Positions 39,338-48,513 of a DNA stretch of 64,000 nt are shown one piece after another. Made by a program: the position numbers and the translations under genes. The stretch is from Rhizobium sp. Q54 (lineage in GTDB: Bacteria > Bacteroidota > Bacteroidia > Flavobacteriales > Flavobacteriaceae): NCBI GenBank assembly GCA_943328505.2, contig CALQAH020000006.1:255-64254 (forward strand). Reading direction: 5' to 3'. Position 1 is the first letter of the stretch, and each line of letters opens with the position of its first letter. Below the pieces are notes generated by a model, which did no database searches, was not told the DNA's origin, and was given only the letters and a program-made list of their open reading frames with translations.

Positions 39338-39613
39338 TTACGCTTTTTTATTCAAAGCTGACGTTAATTCTAATGAAATAGCAGAACACTCCATTTTTAA
39401 TTTTCCAGACATGGTTTCAATAACAACTGTTGTTTCTGCAATTTCAGAAACTTTACCATGGAGTCCACTTTTTGTGATGATTTTGTCGCCTACTTTTAAG
39501 CCTGCTTCAAATTCTTTTTCTTGTTTTGCTTTTTTCTGTTGTGGTCGAATCATAAAGAAATAGACAACCACAAACATTAATAAAAAAGGTAAAAATTGAC
39601 TTAATTGTTCCAT
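39338..39613 (-). CDS. yajC: Preprotein translocase subunit YajC
   Basis: 91 aa, one TM, FFMIRPQQKK motif followed by GDKIITKSGLHGKV. Confidence 0.9.
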   Translation of the reverse strand: MEQLSQFLPFLLMFVVVYFFMIRPQQKKAKQEKEFEAGLKVGDKIITKSGLHGKVSEIAETTVVIETMSGKLKMECSAISLELTSALNKKA

Positions 39614-39619
39614 AATAAA

Positions 39620-40153
39620 TTATTTTTTTGCTCCTTCCAGAGCGTTAATAGAGGCTTTAATTGTTAACATTTCTTTTTTGTCTTTAGTATTACAAACTAA
39701 AGTAACCGTTTTTTTATTCTCACCGTTTTTTCCTTTAGAGTTAAAAGAAACTTTTATTTGACTGCTTTCTCCTGGTTTAATTGCTGTTTTTGGATAATCT
39801 GGAACTGTACAGCCACAGGATCCTCTAGCATCAGATATCAACAAATCAGCTTCCCCTGTATTTTTAAATTTAAAATCGTAAGTAACTTTATCGCCTTGGT
39901 TTATTTTACCAAAATCATGTTCTTTCGTTTCAAATTCGATTACTGGGTATTTTCCATCTTTTGGTTCTGGAAGAGTGTTTTCAACTGGAACTTCTGGACC
40001 ACCAATATTTGCTTCTGGGTTAACTGCGTTGGGGTCAGCTGGAGCAATTTCTGTGGTATTTTCATCAATTTTAGAAGATGCATCTTCCTTTTTACACGAT
40101 GTTGTCATTACAAATAATGCAAAAAACAACATTAAACTAAATCTATTAATCAT
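39620..40153 (-). CDS. DUF1573 domain lipoprotein
   Basis: Lipobox TTSC and the FDFG...G..V...F.F.N.G...L..........CGCT pattern (HDFGKINQGDKVTYDFKFKNTGEADLLISDARGSCGCT). Confidence 0.8.
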   Translation of the reverse strand: MINRFSLMLFFALFVMTTSCKKEDASSKIDENTTEIAPADPNAVNPEANIGGPEVPVENTLPEPKDGKYPVIEFETKEHDFGKINQGDKVTYDFKFKNTGEADLLISDARGSCGCTVPDYPKTAIKPGESSQIKVSFNSKGKNGENKKTVTLVCNTKDKKEMLTIKASINALEGAKK

Positions 40154-40164
40154 AATTTTTACTA

Positions 40165-41103
40165 TTACATTAAACCTCTTCCTGTTTTTAAAATTTTATT
40201 ATCCACTTGGAATTCCTTGAGTAAGTTATCTAAAATTCCATTAATAAAAATACTACTTTTGGGTGTTGAATATTCTTTGGAAATCTCTAAGTACTCATTA
40301 ATTGTGACTTTTATTGGGATTGAAGGAAATTTTAAAAATTCGCAAATAGCCATTTTTAAAACAATGGTATCAATTTCTGCAATTCTATCTGCATCCCAAT
40401 TAGGCGTTTTATCAATGTATTCTTTCGCTAATTCAACTTCATTAAATATAGTTTTTCTAAAAAGGATACTTACAAATTCTTTATCCTCTTCATCTTTATA
40501 GAGTTTTGAAACTCTAAAATCTGATTTTTCGTTTATTTGATTGAGTTGTTTTAAAATTTGAGTATTTACAACAGGAATATCATCAACCCAGGTTAATTTA
40601 TTGTCTTCAAGATATTCATAAAGCTTATCATTTGGAGCAATCAAATCGGTAAACATATCGATTACGAACTGCTTATCTTCCTCAAAGTTATTTTCTTTTT
40701 TGGACATGTATTTTTTATACAATTCACTCTGCTTTACTTCCTCTAATAAAATCAAAATATAGTCATCATTCATTGACCAATTATTGATTTTTCTTTTTTC
40801 TAAAGCAATACATATCGAATTATTATCCTCAAGTAATTGAAAAACAGCATTGTTTGTAAACTTGTAATTGGGTTTTTTTTCTTCGGGTGTAGCTAAATGT
40901 TTTTTACTAGAAGCCTCTAAAAAAATCATTTCTTTTTTTCTAATTTCTGTCAAAGTAGTCAACATAATTAGATATAAATCTTGAATACTGTCAATACTAT
41001 GAAGTAAAAACTTCTCTTCCTTTTCAATATCTTCAGAATTTTTTTGATGCATCGCATAAATGGATTGCATTATTTTAATTCGAATATGTCTTCTGTTTAA
41101 CAC
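40165..41103 (-). CDS. nusB: Transcription antitermination factor NusB (long Bacteroidota form)
   Basis: LNRRHIRIKIMQSIYA start (GTG initiation) and a C-terminal NusB fold region (AEIDTIVLKMAICEFL). Confidence 0.85.
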   Translation of the reverse strand: MLNRRHIRIKIMQSIYAMHQKNSEDIEKEEKFLLHSIDSIQDLYLIMLTTLTEIRKKEMIFLEASSKKHLATPEEKKPNYKFTNNAVFQLLEDNNSICIALEKRKINNWSMNDDYILILLEEVKQSELYKKYMSKKENNFEEDKQFVIDMFTDLIAPNDKLYEYLEDNKLTWVDDIPVVNTQILKQLNQINEKSDFRVSKLYKDEEDKEFVSILFRKTIFNEVELAKEYIDKTPNWDADRIAEIDTIVLKMAICEFLKFPSIPIKVTINEYLEISKEYSTPKSSIFINGILDNLLKEFQVDNKILKTGRGLM

Positions 41104-41126
41104 TTTGTAAGAACTTTATAAAATTA

Positions 41127-41155
41127 GCGGAGCCAAAGAAAATCTTTCGCACCGC
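41127..41155 (-). terminator. Hairpin between ldh and nusB (possible terminator or attenuator)
   Basis: GCGGAGCCAAAGA / TCTTTCGCACCGC, 11/13 pairs. The minus-strand downstream sequence is only moderately U-rich. Confidence 0.4.
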
Positions 41156-41181
41156 AAAAATAGTAATTATTTTCTATTGAC

Positions 41182-42288
41182 TTATTTATTCGCGATTTCT
41201 TTTTTTCTAATATCTATTCTATTTTGTGCAATTTGCATTGCAGCTTGTTGCGTAGTTATATTATTAGTAGCTGCTAAGTTGAAAATCTCTAGTGTAGTGT
41301 TGTAAATGTTTTCTGTTCTTCGCATTGCTTCAGCTTTGTCATATTTCATAATTTCCCCATAAACATTGATAATTCCTCCTGCATTAATTAAAAAATCTGG
41401 AGCATAAGCAATACCTCTTTCTCTTAAAATTGCGCCATGTATCGCTTCTACTGCTAATTGATTATTTGCAGCACCAGCAATTATTTTTGCTTTTATTTTG
41501 TAAATAGTATCATCATTTAATGTTGCTCCAAGAGCACAAGGAGAATAAATATCAACATCAGCACTATATAAATCATCTCCTGTAAAAATAATAGCACCAT
41601 ATTTTGCTACCATATTTTCCATTTTATCTTGATGAATATCTGACACATAAACAATCGCACCTTCTTTAGTTAGATAATCAATTAAAGTTTCGCCAACATG
41701 ACCAGTTCCTTGCACTAAAACTTTTTTTCCAGATAAATTTTCAGATCCAAATTTGAATTTAGCTGCCGCTTTCATTCCCATAAAAACGCCATATGCTGTA
41801 ACTGGAGAAGGATTTCCTGATCCGCCAATAGATTCAGAAATTCCGGTTACATAAGGTGTTACTTTTCTAATTAAATCCATGTCAGGTGTTGTTGAACCAA
41901 CATCTTCTGCTGTGATATATTTTCCACTTAACGAATGAACAAACTGACCAAAACGAGTTATAAACTCAGGTGTTTTAATAGTTTTTGCATCACCAATAAT
42001 AACTGCTTTTCCACCACCAAGATTTAAACCTGTAATAGCTGATTTATAAGTCATTCCGCGAGAAAGACGCAACACGTCGTTTAAAGCTTCCCATTCATTA
42101 GTATAATTCCAAATTCTAGTACCCCCAAGTGCTGGTCCCATTACTGTATTATGTATTCCTATAATTGCTTTTAAACCTGTATCTTTGTCGTTACAAAAAA
42201 CAATTTGTTCGTGATTATCAAAAGACGCTTGACCGAAAACTGGATCCATTTTTTGAAGTTCTTTTGGAGTAATGATTTCTGAAGTCAT
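41182..42288 (-). CDS. ldh: Leu/Phe/Val (Glu/Leu/Phe/Val family) dehydrogenase
   Basis: KSAITGLNLGGGKAVI active-site region and GTGHVG Rossmann motif, 368 aa. Confidence 0.85.
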   Translation of the reverse strand: MTSEIITPKELQKMDPVFGQASFDNHEQIVFCNDKDTGLKAIIGIHNTVMGPALGGTRIWNYTNEWEALNDVLRLSRGMTYKSAITGLNLGGGKAVIIGDAKTIKTPEFITRFGQFVHSLSGKYITAEDVGSTTPDMDLIRKVTPYVTGISESIGGSGNPSPVTAYGVFMGMKAAAKFKFGSENLSGKKVLVQGTGHVGETLIDYLTKEGAIVYVSDIHQDKMENMVAKYGAIIFTGDDLYSADVDIYSPCALGATLNDDTIYKIKAKIIAGAANNQLAVEAIHGAILRERGIAYAPDFLINAGGIINVYGEIMKYDKAEAMRRTENIYNTTLEIFNLAATNNITTQQAAMQIAQNRIDIRKKEIANK

Positions 42289-42427
42289 ATTTTTATATTA
42301 TGGGATTGTGGTTTTATTAAAAAGCCGATACAAAATTAAAACATTATTCAATAAAAATTATAAATTTAAGCAATATTTAAACTATTGTTAATAAAATCAG
42401 CTAATACAGAGAATTTAATAAATAATT

Positions 42428-42435
42428 TAAATTTG
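42428..42435 (+). promoter_or_regulatory. -7 box TAAATTTG upstream of the ABC exporter gene
   Basis: Matches TAnnTTTG, 48 nt before the ATG. Confidence 0.4.
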
Positions 42436-42483
42436 TATTTTTAACAAAAAAAAGGCATTAAACACACTTTTTTATAAAATAAA

Positions 42484-44241
42484 ATGAAAGAACTTCAATA
42501 TTTAAATAAATATTTCATTAAATATAAATTTAGTTTCCTCCTAGGTATTTTTATCACAATTGTAGCACAAATTTTTTCGCTATTCACACCAAAACTTATT
42601 AGTAAATCATTTAAAGCAATTGAAGAGTACCATAAAAATGATATGAATGCAACTGTTGTTAAAACAGAATTAATTCATAATATCCTATTAATTATAGCTA
42701 CTACATTAATTGCAGGCATTTTAACTTTTTTGATGCGACAAACATTAATAGTGATGTCTCGACATATCGAATTTGATTTAAAGAATGAAGTGTTCAGACA
42801 ATATGAAAATCTTTCACAAAATTTCTACAAACAAAATAGAACTGGAGATTTGATGAATCGGATAAGTGAAGATGTCGGAAAAGTGAGAATGTATGTTGGA
42901 CCAGCTGTAATGTATACAATCAACACATTTATTCGGTTTACAATTGTTATTATATATATGTATAATGTTTCCCCAAGACTTACTTTATACACTTTGCTTC
43001 CTTTACCAATTTTAGCATTTATTATTTTTAAATTAAGTACTGAAATCAATAAACGAAGCACCATTTTTCAACAATATTTATCAAAAATATCAAGTTTTAA
43101 TCAAGAAATATTTTCAGGAATTCGAGTGGTAAAAGCTTATTCTTTAGAAAGTCAGTACCAAAACAATATTGTAGATTTGGCTCTAGAAAGTAAAACTAAA
43201 AGCATGAAATTGGCAGCAGTACAGTCCCTTTTTGGTCCACTAATGATTGCATTAATAGGTGTAAGTAATTTAGTGGTAATTTATTTTGGAGGGTTAATGT
43301 ATATTAATGGAAGTATAAAAAGCATTGGAACAATTGCAGAATTTATTTTATATGTCAATATGTTAACCTGGCCTGTAGCATCGATTGGGTGGGTTTCTTC
43401 TTTAGTTCAAGAAGCAGAAGCCTCACAAAAACGCATTAATGAATTTTTAAAAATAGATCCTGAAATAAAGAATAATTCCAACGAAACTAGTATTATCAAT
43501 GGTGAAATTGCATTTGTAGACGTCAGTTACACCTATAAAGATACCAATATTAAAGCAATACAAAACATCTCTTTTACAGTAAAAAAAGGTGAAACATTAG
43601 CAATTTTAGGAAAAACAGGAGCTGGAAAATCAAGCATTTTATCATTGATTACTCGAATGTATGATATCAACGAAGGAACTATAACTATTGATGGTAAAAA
43701 AATTGATGAAGTTAATCTTTACGATTTGAGAAACAGCATTGGAATTGTACCTCAAGATGCTTTTCTTTTTTCAGATACGATAAAAAACAACATCAAGTTT
43801 GGCAAAGAAAACGCAACCGATGAAGAAGTTGTAACAGCAGCTAAACAAGCCGTAGTGCATGATAATATAATTAATTTTAACAATCAATATGAAACCATTT
43901 TAGGAGAAAGAGGCATTACACTTTCTGGTGGACAAAAACAACGAGTTTCAATTGCTAGAGCCATTATAAAAGACCCGAAAATTTTACTGTTTGACGATTG
44001 CCTTTCGGCTGTAGATACAGAAACCGAAGAGCAAATTTTGAATAATTTATTGCAAATTTCGAAAAACAAAACTACCATTATTGTGAGCCATAGAGTATCA
44101 TCAGCAAAGAATGCAGATAAAATCATCATACTTGAAAATGGTAAGATCATACAAGAAGGTTCTCATAATCAATTAGTAAACCAAGAAGGCTATTATTCTG
44201 AATTATATTTAAAACAACTTTCTGAAAAAGAATTGAATTAA
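42484..44241 (+). CDS. ABC exporter, fused permease/ATPase (MsbA/multidrug-like half transporter)
   Basis: Six-TM domain plus GKTGAGKSS, LSGGQKQR and ILLFDDCLS motifs. Confidence 0.9.
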   Translation: MKELQYLNKYFIKYKFSFLLGIFITIVAQIFSLFTPKLISKSFKAIEEYHKNDMNATVVKTELIHNILLIIATTLIAGILTFLMRQTLIVMSRHIEFDLKNEVFRQYENLSQNFYKQNRTGDLMNRISEDVGKVRMYVGPAVMYTINTFIRFTIVIIYMYNVSPRLTLYTLLPLPILAFIIFKLSTEINKRSTIFQQYLSKISSFNQEIFSGIRVVKAYSLESQYQNNIVDLALESKTKSMKLAAVQSLFGPLMIALIGVSNLVVIYFGGLMYINGSIKSIGTIAEFILYVNMLTWPVASIGWVSSLVQEAEASQKRINEFLKIDPEIKNNSNETSIINGEIAFVDVSYTYKDTNIKAIQNISFTVKKGETLAILGKTGAGKSSILSLITRMYDINEGTITIDGKKIDEVNLYDLRNSIGIVPQDAFLFSDTIKNNIKFGKENATDEEVVTAAKQAVVHDNIINFNNQYETILGERGITLSGGQKQRVSIARAIIKDPKILLFDDCLSAVDTETEEQILNNLLQISKNKTTIIVSHRVSSAKNADKIIILENGKIIQEGSHNQLVNQEGYYSELYLKQLSEKELN

Positions 44242-44311
44242 ATATTGTTTTGTAACAAAAAAATTGCCATTTTTGAACTCTACACAGACACTACTAATTG
44301 ACCGAATAAAT

Positions 44312-44689
44312 ATGAGAGAAAACGAGATGTTAGAAAAAGACGAGATTTTTTCTAAAGTTTTAAGAGCAGGAAGAAGAACCTATTTCTTCGACGTTAGAGC
44401 CACAAAAGCTGATGATTACTATATCACTATCACCGAGAGCAAAAAATTTACTGAAGAAGATGGTTCTTTTCATTTCAAAAAACACAAAATATATTTATAC
44501 AAAGAAGATTTCGCAACCTTTGCAGAAATTCTTGATGAAATGACATCATTTGTTTTAAATAATAAAGGAGAAGAAGTTATTTCAGAAAGACATCAAAAGG
44601 ACTTCAAAAAAGAATACAACACTGAAAATTCAGAGGAAATTAGAACTACTGAAAAAAGTTTTACTGATGTAGATTTTGAAGATATATAA
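44312..44689 (+). CDS. PUR-alpha-like DUF3276 nucleic-acid-binding protein
   Basis: VLRAGRRTYFFDVRATKADDYYITITESKK followed by HKIYLYKEDF. ATG 44312 is preferred over the listed upstream start. Confidence 0.7.
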   Translation: MRENEMLEKDEIFSKVLRAGRRTYFFDVRATKADDYYITITESKKFTEEDGSFHFKKHKIYLYKEDFATFAEILDEMTSFVLNNKGEEVISERHQKDFKKEYNTENSEEIRTTEKSFTDVDFEDI

Positions 44690-44700
44690 ACAAACCTAAC

Positions 44701-44732
44701 AAGTCCAATTCAAAAAAGTTTTGGGCTTTTTT
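44701..44732 (+). terminator. Rho-independent terminator after the DUF3276 gene
   Basis: AAGTCCAA / TTGGGCTT stem (one G-U pair) followed by TTTT. Confidence 0.5.
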
Positions 44733-44744
44733 AATTCTATAATT

Positions 44745-44963
44745 ATGGAAAAATTTATTGGTTTCATTAATAAATATGGAATTGTAGTTCACTCCTTGAG
44801 TATTCTTTTTTGGTTATGGTTGATAAGCTTAAATTATGAAAAAATGCAACTTGGAAATACCAATTTACCAACAAAAATCTCTTTCTATTTTGGCATTTTT
44901 CTATTACTTCTATCAACTTTCAATTTAATTAACGCAATTCGAAAGTTTAAAAACAAAGTTTAA
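44745..44963 (+). CDS. Small two-TM membrane protein (hypothetical)
   Basis: 72 aa with two hydrophobic helices. The listed TTG start (44721) lies inside the terminator hairpin of the upstream gene. Confidence 0.4.
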   Translation: MEKFIGFINKYGIVVHSLSILFWLWLISLNYEKMQLGNTNLPTKISFYFGIFLLLLSTFNLINAIRKFKNKV

Positions 44964-45310
44964 CCAATTCGAAGTCCGTTTGCTACTTTAAAATCAGTCG
45001 TTAACAACACAATATCATTATCTTTTACTGAACCTAATACCAAACATTCACTCATAAAATTACCGATTTGTTTTTTAGGAAAATTTACAACCGCAATAAT
45101 CTGTTTGCCTAACAAATCCTCTACAGAATAAAGTTTTGTTATTTGTGCAGAGGATTTTTTAATACCAATTTCATTTCCAAAATCAATAGTGAGTTGATAA
45201 GCTGTTTTTCTAGCTTCAGGAAAATCATTAGCTTTAAGTATTGTTCCAACATACATTCCAACTTTTTCGAATTCTTGCCAGGTTAAATTAGTCTCTAAAT
45301 GGTGTTCCAT
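44960..45310 (-). CDS. csaA: tRNA-binding (EMAP/CsaA-like) protein
   Basis: 116 aa. VGTILKANDFPEARKTAYQLTIDFG and QIIAVVNFPKKQIGNFMSE fit the CsaA OB-fold family. Confidence 0.75.
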   Translation of the reverse strand: MEHHLETNLTWQEFEKVGMYVGTILKANDFPEARKTAYQLTIDFGNEIGIKKSSAQITKLYSVEDLLGKQIIAVVNFPKKQIGNFMSECLVLGSVKDNDIVLLTTDFKVANGLRIG

Positions 45311-45375
45311 AATTTAAATATAATTGCATTAATAACAATCAAAGTTCAGGTTTTTTAAAACATACAGCGGTATTT

Positions 45376-45678
45376 TTATTGCATCACAATATAATTATAG
45401 ACACATTCTCTATCCATATCTGATATTTCAGCCAATTTTTGCATCCGTAAAAGTATCAATTTCCAATTTTCGGGAGTATGGTCTTTAACTTTAGGCAACG
45501 CATGGCAATTACCACATTTATTTTGAAAAATTGATTCCCCCTGAGCTATTTTTTCAGCCATGGTTATTTCGGTGACTACTTCAATCTTGGTTTCAGGTTT
45601 ATTTTCTGCAACAACTTTTTTTGACTTGCAAGAAATAATAATAGGTATTAAAATTGCTGAAAGGATGAGTTTTTTCAT
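45376..45678 (-). CDS. Monohaem c-type cytochrome lipoprotein
   Basis: Lipobox IISC and a single CGNCH haem-binding motif. Confidence 0.65.
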   Translation of the reverse strand: MKKLILSAILIPIIISCKSKKVVAENKPETKIEVVTEITMAEKIAQGESIFQNKCGNCHALPKVKDHTPENWKLILLRMQKLAEISDMDRECVYNYIVMQ

Positions 45679-45706
45679 AGGATGTGAATTTATATTTAGT
45701 AAAAGT

Positions 45707-45740
45707 AAAAAAATATCCCAACAGTAAACTATTGGGATAT
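45707..45740 (-). terminator. Rho-independent terminator of the cytoplasmic CFBP gene
   Basis: ATATCCCAA / TTGGGATAT stem with a 10-nt loop. A 6-nt U-run follows on the minus strand. Confidence 0.75.
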
Positions 45741-45785
45741 TGTATTAACCAAAAATTAAGTTGTATTGTAAAATGAAGCTATACT

Positions 45786-46718
45786 TTACTTCACATCCAT
45801 CAATTCAACATCAAAAATTAAAGTTGCGTTTGGAGGAATTGCTCCACCAGCACCACGTGAACCATAACCTAAATGTGAAGGAATTACAAAACGTGCTTTA
45901 TCTCCAACTTGTAACAAAGCAATCCCTTCGTCCCAACCTTCAATAACATTCCCTCTACCTAATGGAAATTCAATTGGTTTTTTTCTTGGAATGGAACTGT
46001 CAAAAACTTTTCCGTCTTCTAGTTGTCCTGTATAATGAACTGATACTGTTTTACCAATTTCGGCTTTTTTACCATTACCTTTTTGAATCATTTTATAACG
46101 CAAACCACTTTCTGTCTTATCAAAACCAGCAGCAAGTTGTTCCATTTTAGCCTCGGCAGCTTCACGTTCAGCAGCTTCACGTTTTGCTCTAGAACCTTCA
46201 AAAGTTCTGAAAGCTTCAACTGCATTCCATTTTTTAGCATCATCTCCTACTCTAACAATTTCTATGGTTTCCAAAACATCACCTTGCGCAACAGCATCAA
46301 CAATATCTTGTCCCTCAACAACATGTCCAAAAACAGTATGTTTGTTATCCAACCAATCTGTTGGAATGTGTGTAATAAAAAATTGAGACCCATTACTTGC
46401 TGGACCCGAATTTGCCATTGACAAAACGCCTGGTCTGTCATGTTTTAAGGTTGGATGAAACTCATCGTCAAAACTATATCCTGGACCACCCGAACCAATC
46501 CCAAGTGGGCAACCACCTTGTATCATAAAATCAGGGATTACTCTGTGAAATTTTAATCCATCATAATATTTTGTTCCTTGTGGTTTTACTTTGTTTTCAA
46601 GATTTCCTTCAGCAAGAGCCACAAAATTTCCAACTGTTCCAGGTGTTAAATCATGTGTTAATTTTACTAAAATCGCACCTTTTGTAGTATTGAATTTAGC
46701 GTATATTCCGTTTTCCAT
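45786..46718 (-). CDS. Dual-family PPIase, cytoplasmic: cyclophilin + FKBP (CFBP type)
   Basis: No signal peptide. FHRVIPDFMIQGG and SMANSGPASNGSQFFIT cyclophilin motifs. HYTGQLEDGKVFDSS and IPPNATLIFDVELMDV FKBP motifs. Confidence 0.9.
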   Translation of the reverse strand: MENGIYAKFNTTKGAILVKLTHDLTPGTVGNFVALAEGNLENKVKPQGTKYYDGLKFHRVIPDFMIQGGCPLGIGSGGPGYSFDDEFHPTLKHDRPGVLSMANSGPASNGSQFFITHIPTDWLDNKHTVFGHVVEGQDIVDAVAQGDVLETIEIVRVGDDAKKWNAVEAFRTFEGSRAKREAAEREAAEAKMEQLAAGFDKTESGLRYKMIQKGNGKKAEIGKTVSVHYTGQLEDGKVFDSSIPRKKPIEFPLGRGNVIEGWDEGIALLQVGDKARFVIPSHLGYGSRGAGGAIPPNATLIFDVELMDVK

Positions 46719-46752
46719 TTTAGTGATTTTTTATAAGTGGTGCAAAATTACA

Positions 46753-46760
46753 AATAAAAT
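46753..46760 (-). promoter_or_regulatory. -7 box TAATTTTG upstream of the cytoplasmic CFBP gene
   Basis: Reverse complement of caaaatta, 34 nt before ATG 46718. Confidence 0.45.
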
Positions 46761-46787
46761 TTATTTCAACCTATTTTATGAAATTAC

Positions 46788-46795
46788 TACATTTG
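46788..46795 (+). promoter_or_regulatory. -7 box TACATTTG upstream of the methyltransferase gene
   Basis: Matches TAnnTTTG, 18 nt before the ATG. Confidence 0.45.
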
Positions 46796-46813
46796 GTTTT
46801 TAAATAATTCATT

Positions 46814-47614
46814 ATGGAAAATCATCAAGATTATATTAAAATCAATAAACAAACGTGGAACAACAAAACCGATGTTCATATAACTTCGGATTTTTATGAT
46901 GTCGCTTCATTTCTAAATGGCAAATCATCTCTAAACGATATTGAATTACAATTATTAGGAAATGTTCAAGGAAAAAAAATATTGCATTTGCAATGTCATT
47001 TTGGGCAAGATACTCTTTCTTTAGTTCGACTTGGCGCAAATGTTACTGGGATAGATTTATCAGATAATGCCATTGAAAAGGCAAACGAGTTTGCAAAAAA
47101 ACTCGAATTTGAAGCTACTTTCATTTGTTGTGATATTTATGATTTGCCAAATCATCTCGATGAGAAATTTGATATTGTTTTTACAAGTTATGGCACTATT
47201 GGATGGTTTCCTGATTTAAACAAATGGGCAAATATTGTATCTCATTTTTTAAAACCAAATGGAAAATTTGTTTTCGCTGAATTTCACCCTGTTGTTTGGA
47301 TGTTTGATGATTATTTCAAAGAAGTTTTTTATAGTTATTTCAATATTGAACCGATAATTGAAGAACTCACTGGAACCTATGCTGATAGGTATTCCGACAT
47401 TTCAGCTCAAACCATAACTTGGAATCATCCAACGAGCGAAGTATTAAATGCATTAATCCAATCGGGTTTAGAAATTAATTCATTTGACGAATTTGATTAT
47501 TCACCGTACAATTGTTTTAATGAAACAGAAGAATTTGAAAAAGGAAAATTTAGAATTAAACATTTAAAAAATAAGATACCAATGGTATTCTCATTGGTAG
47601 CTACCAAAAAATAA
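46814..47614 (+). CDS. Class I SAM-dependent methyltransferase
   Basis: KILHLQCHFGQD motif-I-like region followed by VTGIDLSDNAI and a class I fold pattern. Confidence 0.75.
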   Translation: MENHQDYIKINKQTWNNKTDVHITSDFYDVASFLNGKSSLNDIELQLLGNVQGKKILHLQCHFGQDTLSLVRLGANVTGIDLSDNAIEKANEFAKKLEFEATFICCDIYDLPNHLDEKFDIVFTSYGTIGWFPDLNKWANIVSHFLKPNGKFVFAEFHPVVWMFDDYFKEVFYSYFNIEPIIEELTGTYADRYSDISAQTITWNHPTSEVLNALIQSGLEINSFDEFDYSPYNCFNETEEFEKGKFRIKHLKNKIPMVFSLVATKK

Positions 47615-47620
47615 AGTTGT

Positions 47621-47733
47621 ATGTCGCACTTTTACCCTAGCCCCGATAGCAGTGAAAATCCTTTTATTTTTTTATATAAAAAAATAAAAGATTGTAACGA
47701 ATAGCGGGAAGAAGCTTCTAAAAATCTTCTTCT
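47621..47733. repeat. Structured intergenic repeat element, copy 2
   Basis: Box TAGCCCCGATAGCAGTGAAAATCC, then the A/T hairpin ATCCTTTTATTTTTTTATA/TATAAAAAAATAAAAGAT, then TGTAACGAATAGCGGGAAGAAGCTTCTAAAAATC. GATAGCAGTGAAA and GAATAGCGGGAAG are related half-sites. Confidence 0.6.
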
Positions 47734-47741
47734 TATATTTG
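47734..47741 (+). promoter_or_regulatory. -7 box TATATTTG 4 nt before the trmD ATG (leaderless-type spacing)
   Basis: Matches TAnnTTTG. The G is at 47741 and the ATG at 47746. Confidence 0.45.
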
Positions 47742-47745
47742 CACC

Positions 47746-48426
47746 ATGAGAATAGATATTATTACCATATTACCCGAATTACTGCGAAGTCCTTTTGAAG
47801 CATCGATTATGAAACGTGCTATCGAGAAAGGATTAGTTGAAGTCCATTTTCACAACTTACGTGATTATACTACTAACAAACAAAAATCGGTAGACGATTA
47901 TCCTTTTGGTGGTGGCGCTGGAATGGTCATGAATATTCAACCTATTGATGATTGCATTGCTCATTTGAAATCGGAAAGAAATTATAATGAAATCATTTAT
48001 ATGTCGCCAGATGGTGAAACCTTGAATCAAAAAATGGCCAACTCCATGTCCATGCTTGAAAATATCATGATTCTTTGTGGCCATTATAAAGGCGTTGACC
48101 AACGTGTTCGTGATCATTTAATTACAAAAGAAATTTCAATAGGTGATTATGTTTTGAGTGGAGGAGAAATTGGCGCTATTGTTTTTTGTGATGCATTAAT
48201 ACGTTTAATTCCGGGCGTACTAAGCGATGAAACTTCGGCATTAACAGATAGTTTTCAAGACGGATTACTTTCTGGACCAATTTACACACGTCCTGCTGAT
48301 TACAAAGGTTGGAAAGTTCCCGAAGTTTTGACTAGCGGACATTTTGCAAAAATTGACAAATGGCGGGAAGATATGGCGTATGAACATACTAAAAACCGTC
48401 GCCCAGATTTGTTAGATGAGTCCTAA
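47746..48426 (+). CDS. trmD: tRNA (guanine37-N1)-methyltransferase
   Basis: [24 protein letters not shown] and [11 protein letters not shown] motifs. Confidence 0.95.
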   Translation: MRIDIITILPELLRSPFEASIMKRAIEKGLVEVHFHNLRDYTTNKQKSVDDYPFGGGAGMVMNIQPIDDCIAHLKSERNYNEIIYMSPDGETLNQKMANSMSMLENIMILCGHYKGVDQRVRDHLITKEISIGDYVLSGGEIGAIVFCDALIRLIPGVLSDETSALTDSFQDGLLSGPIYTRPADYKGWKVPEVLTSGHFAKIDKWREDMAYEHTKNRRPDLLDES

Positions 48427-48490
48427 AGTCTAATGTCGAAAGTCTTAAAGTTATGTATTTGCACAAACTTTTGACTTTTCGACTTGTGCC
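48427..48490 (+). other. Imperfect long hairpin directly after the trmD stop
   Basis: GTCGAAAGTC..AAAG (48435-48450) pairs with CTTT.GACTTTTCGAC (48468-48483), about 14 bp with bulges. The loop contains a degenerate promoter-like box. Confidence 0.4.
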
Positions 48491-48505
48491 TTTCGACTTT
48501 TTTAG

Positions 48506-48513
48506 TATATTTG
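48506..48513 (+). promoter_or_regulatory. -7 box TATATTTG upstream of rplS
   Basis: Matches TAnnTTTG, 75 nt before ATG 48589. A degenerate duplicate lies at 48454-48475. Confidence 0.5.

Noticed and set aside
39300-40220. Plus-strand ORFs at 39300-39563, 39758-40117 and 39975-40220
   Set aside because: They are antisense to yajC, the DUF1573 gene and nusB. The products are Cys/Phe/Trp-rich nonsense sequences.
45761-46803. Several 60-112-aa plus-strand ORFs overlapping the cytoplasmic CFBP gene
   Set aside because: They are antisense to a conserved PPIase gene and have no recognisable features.
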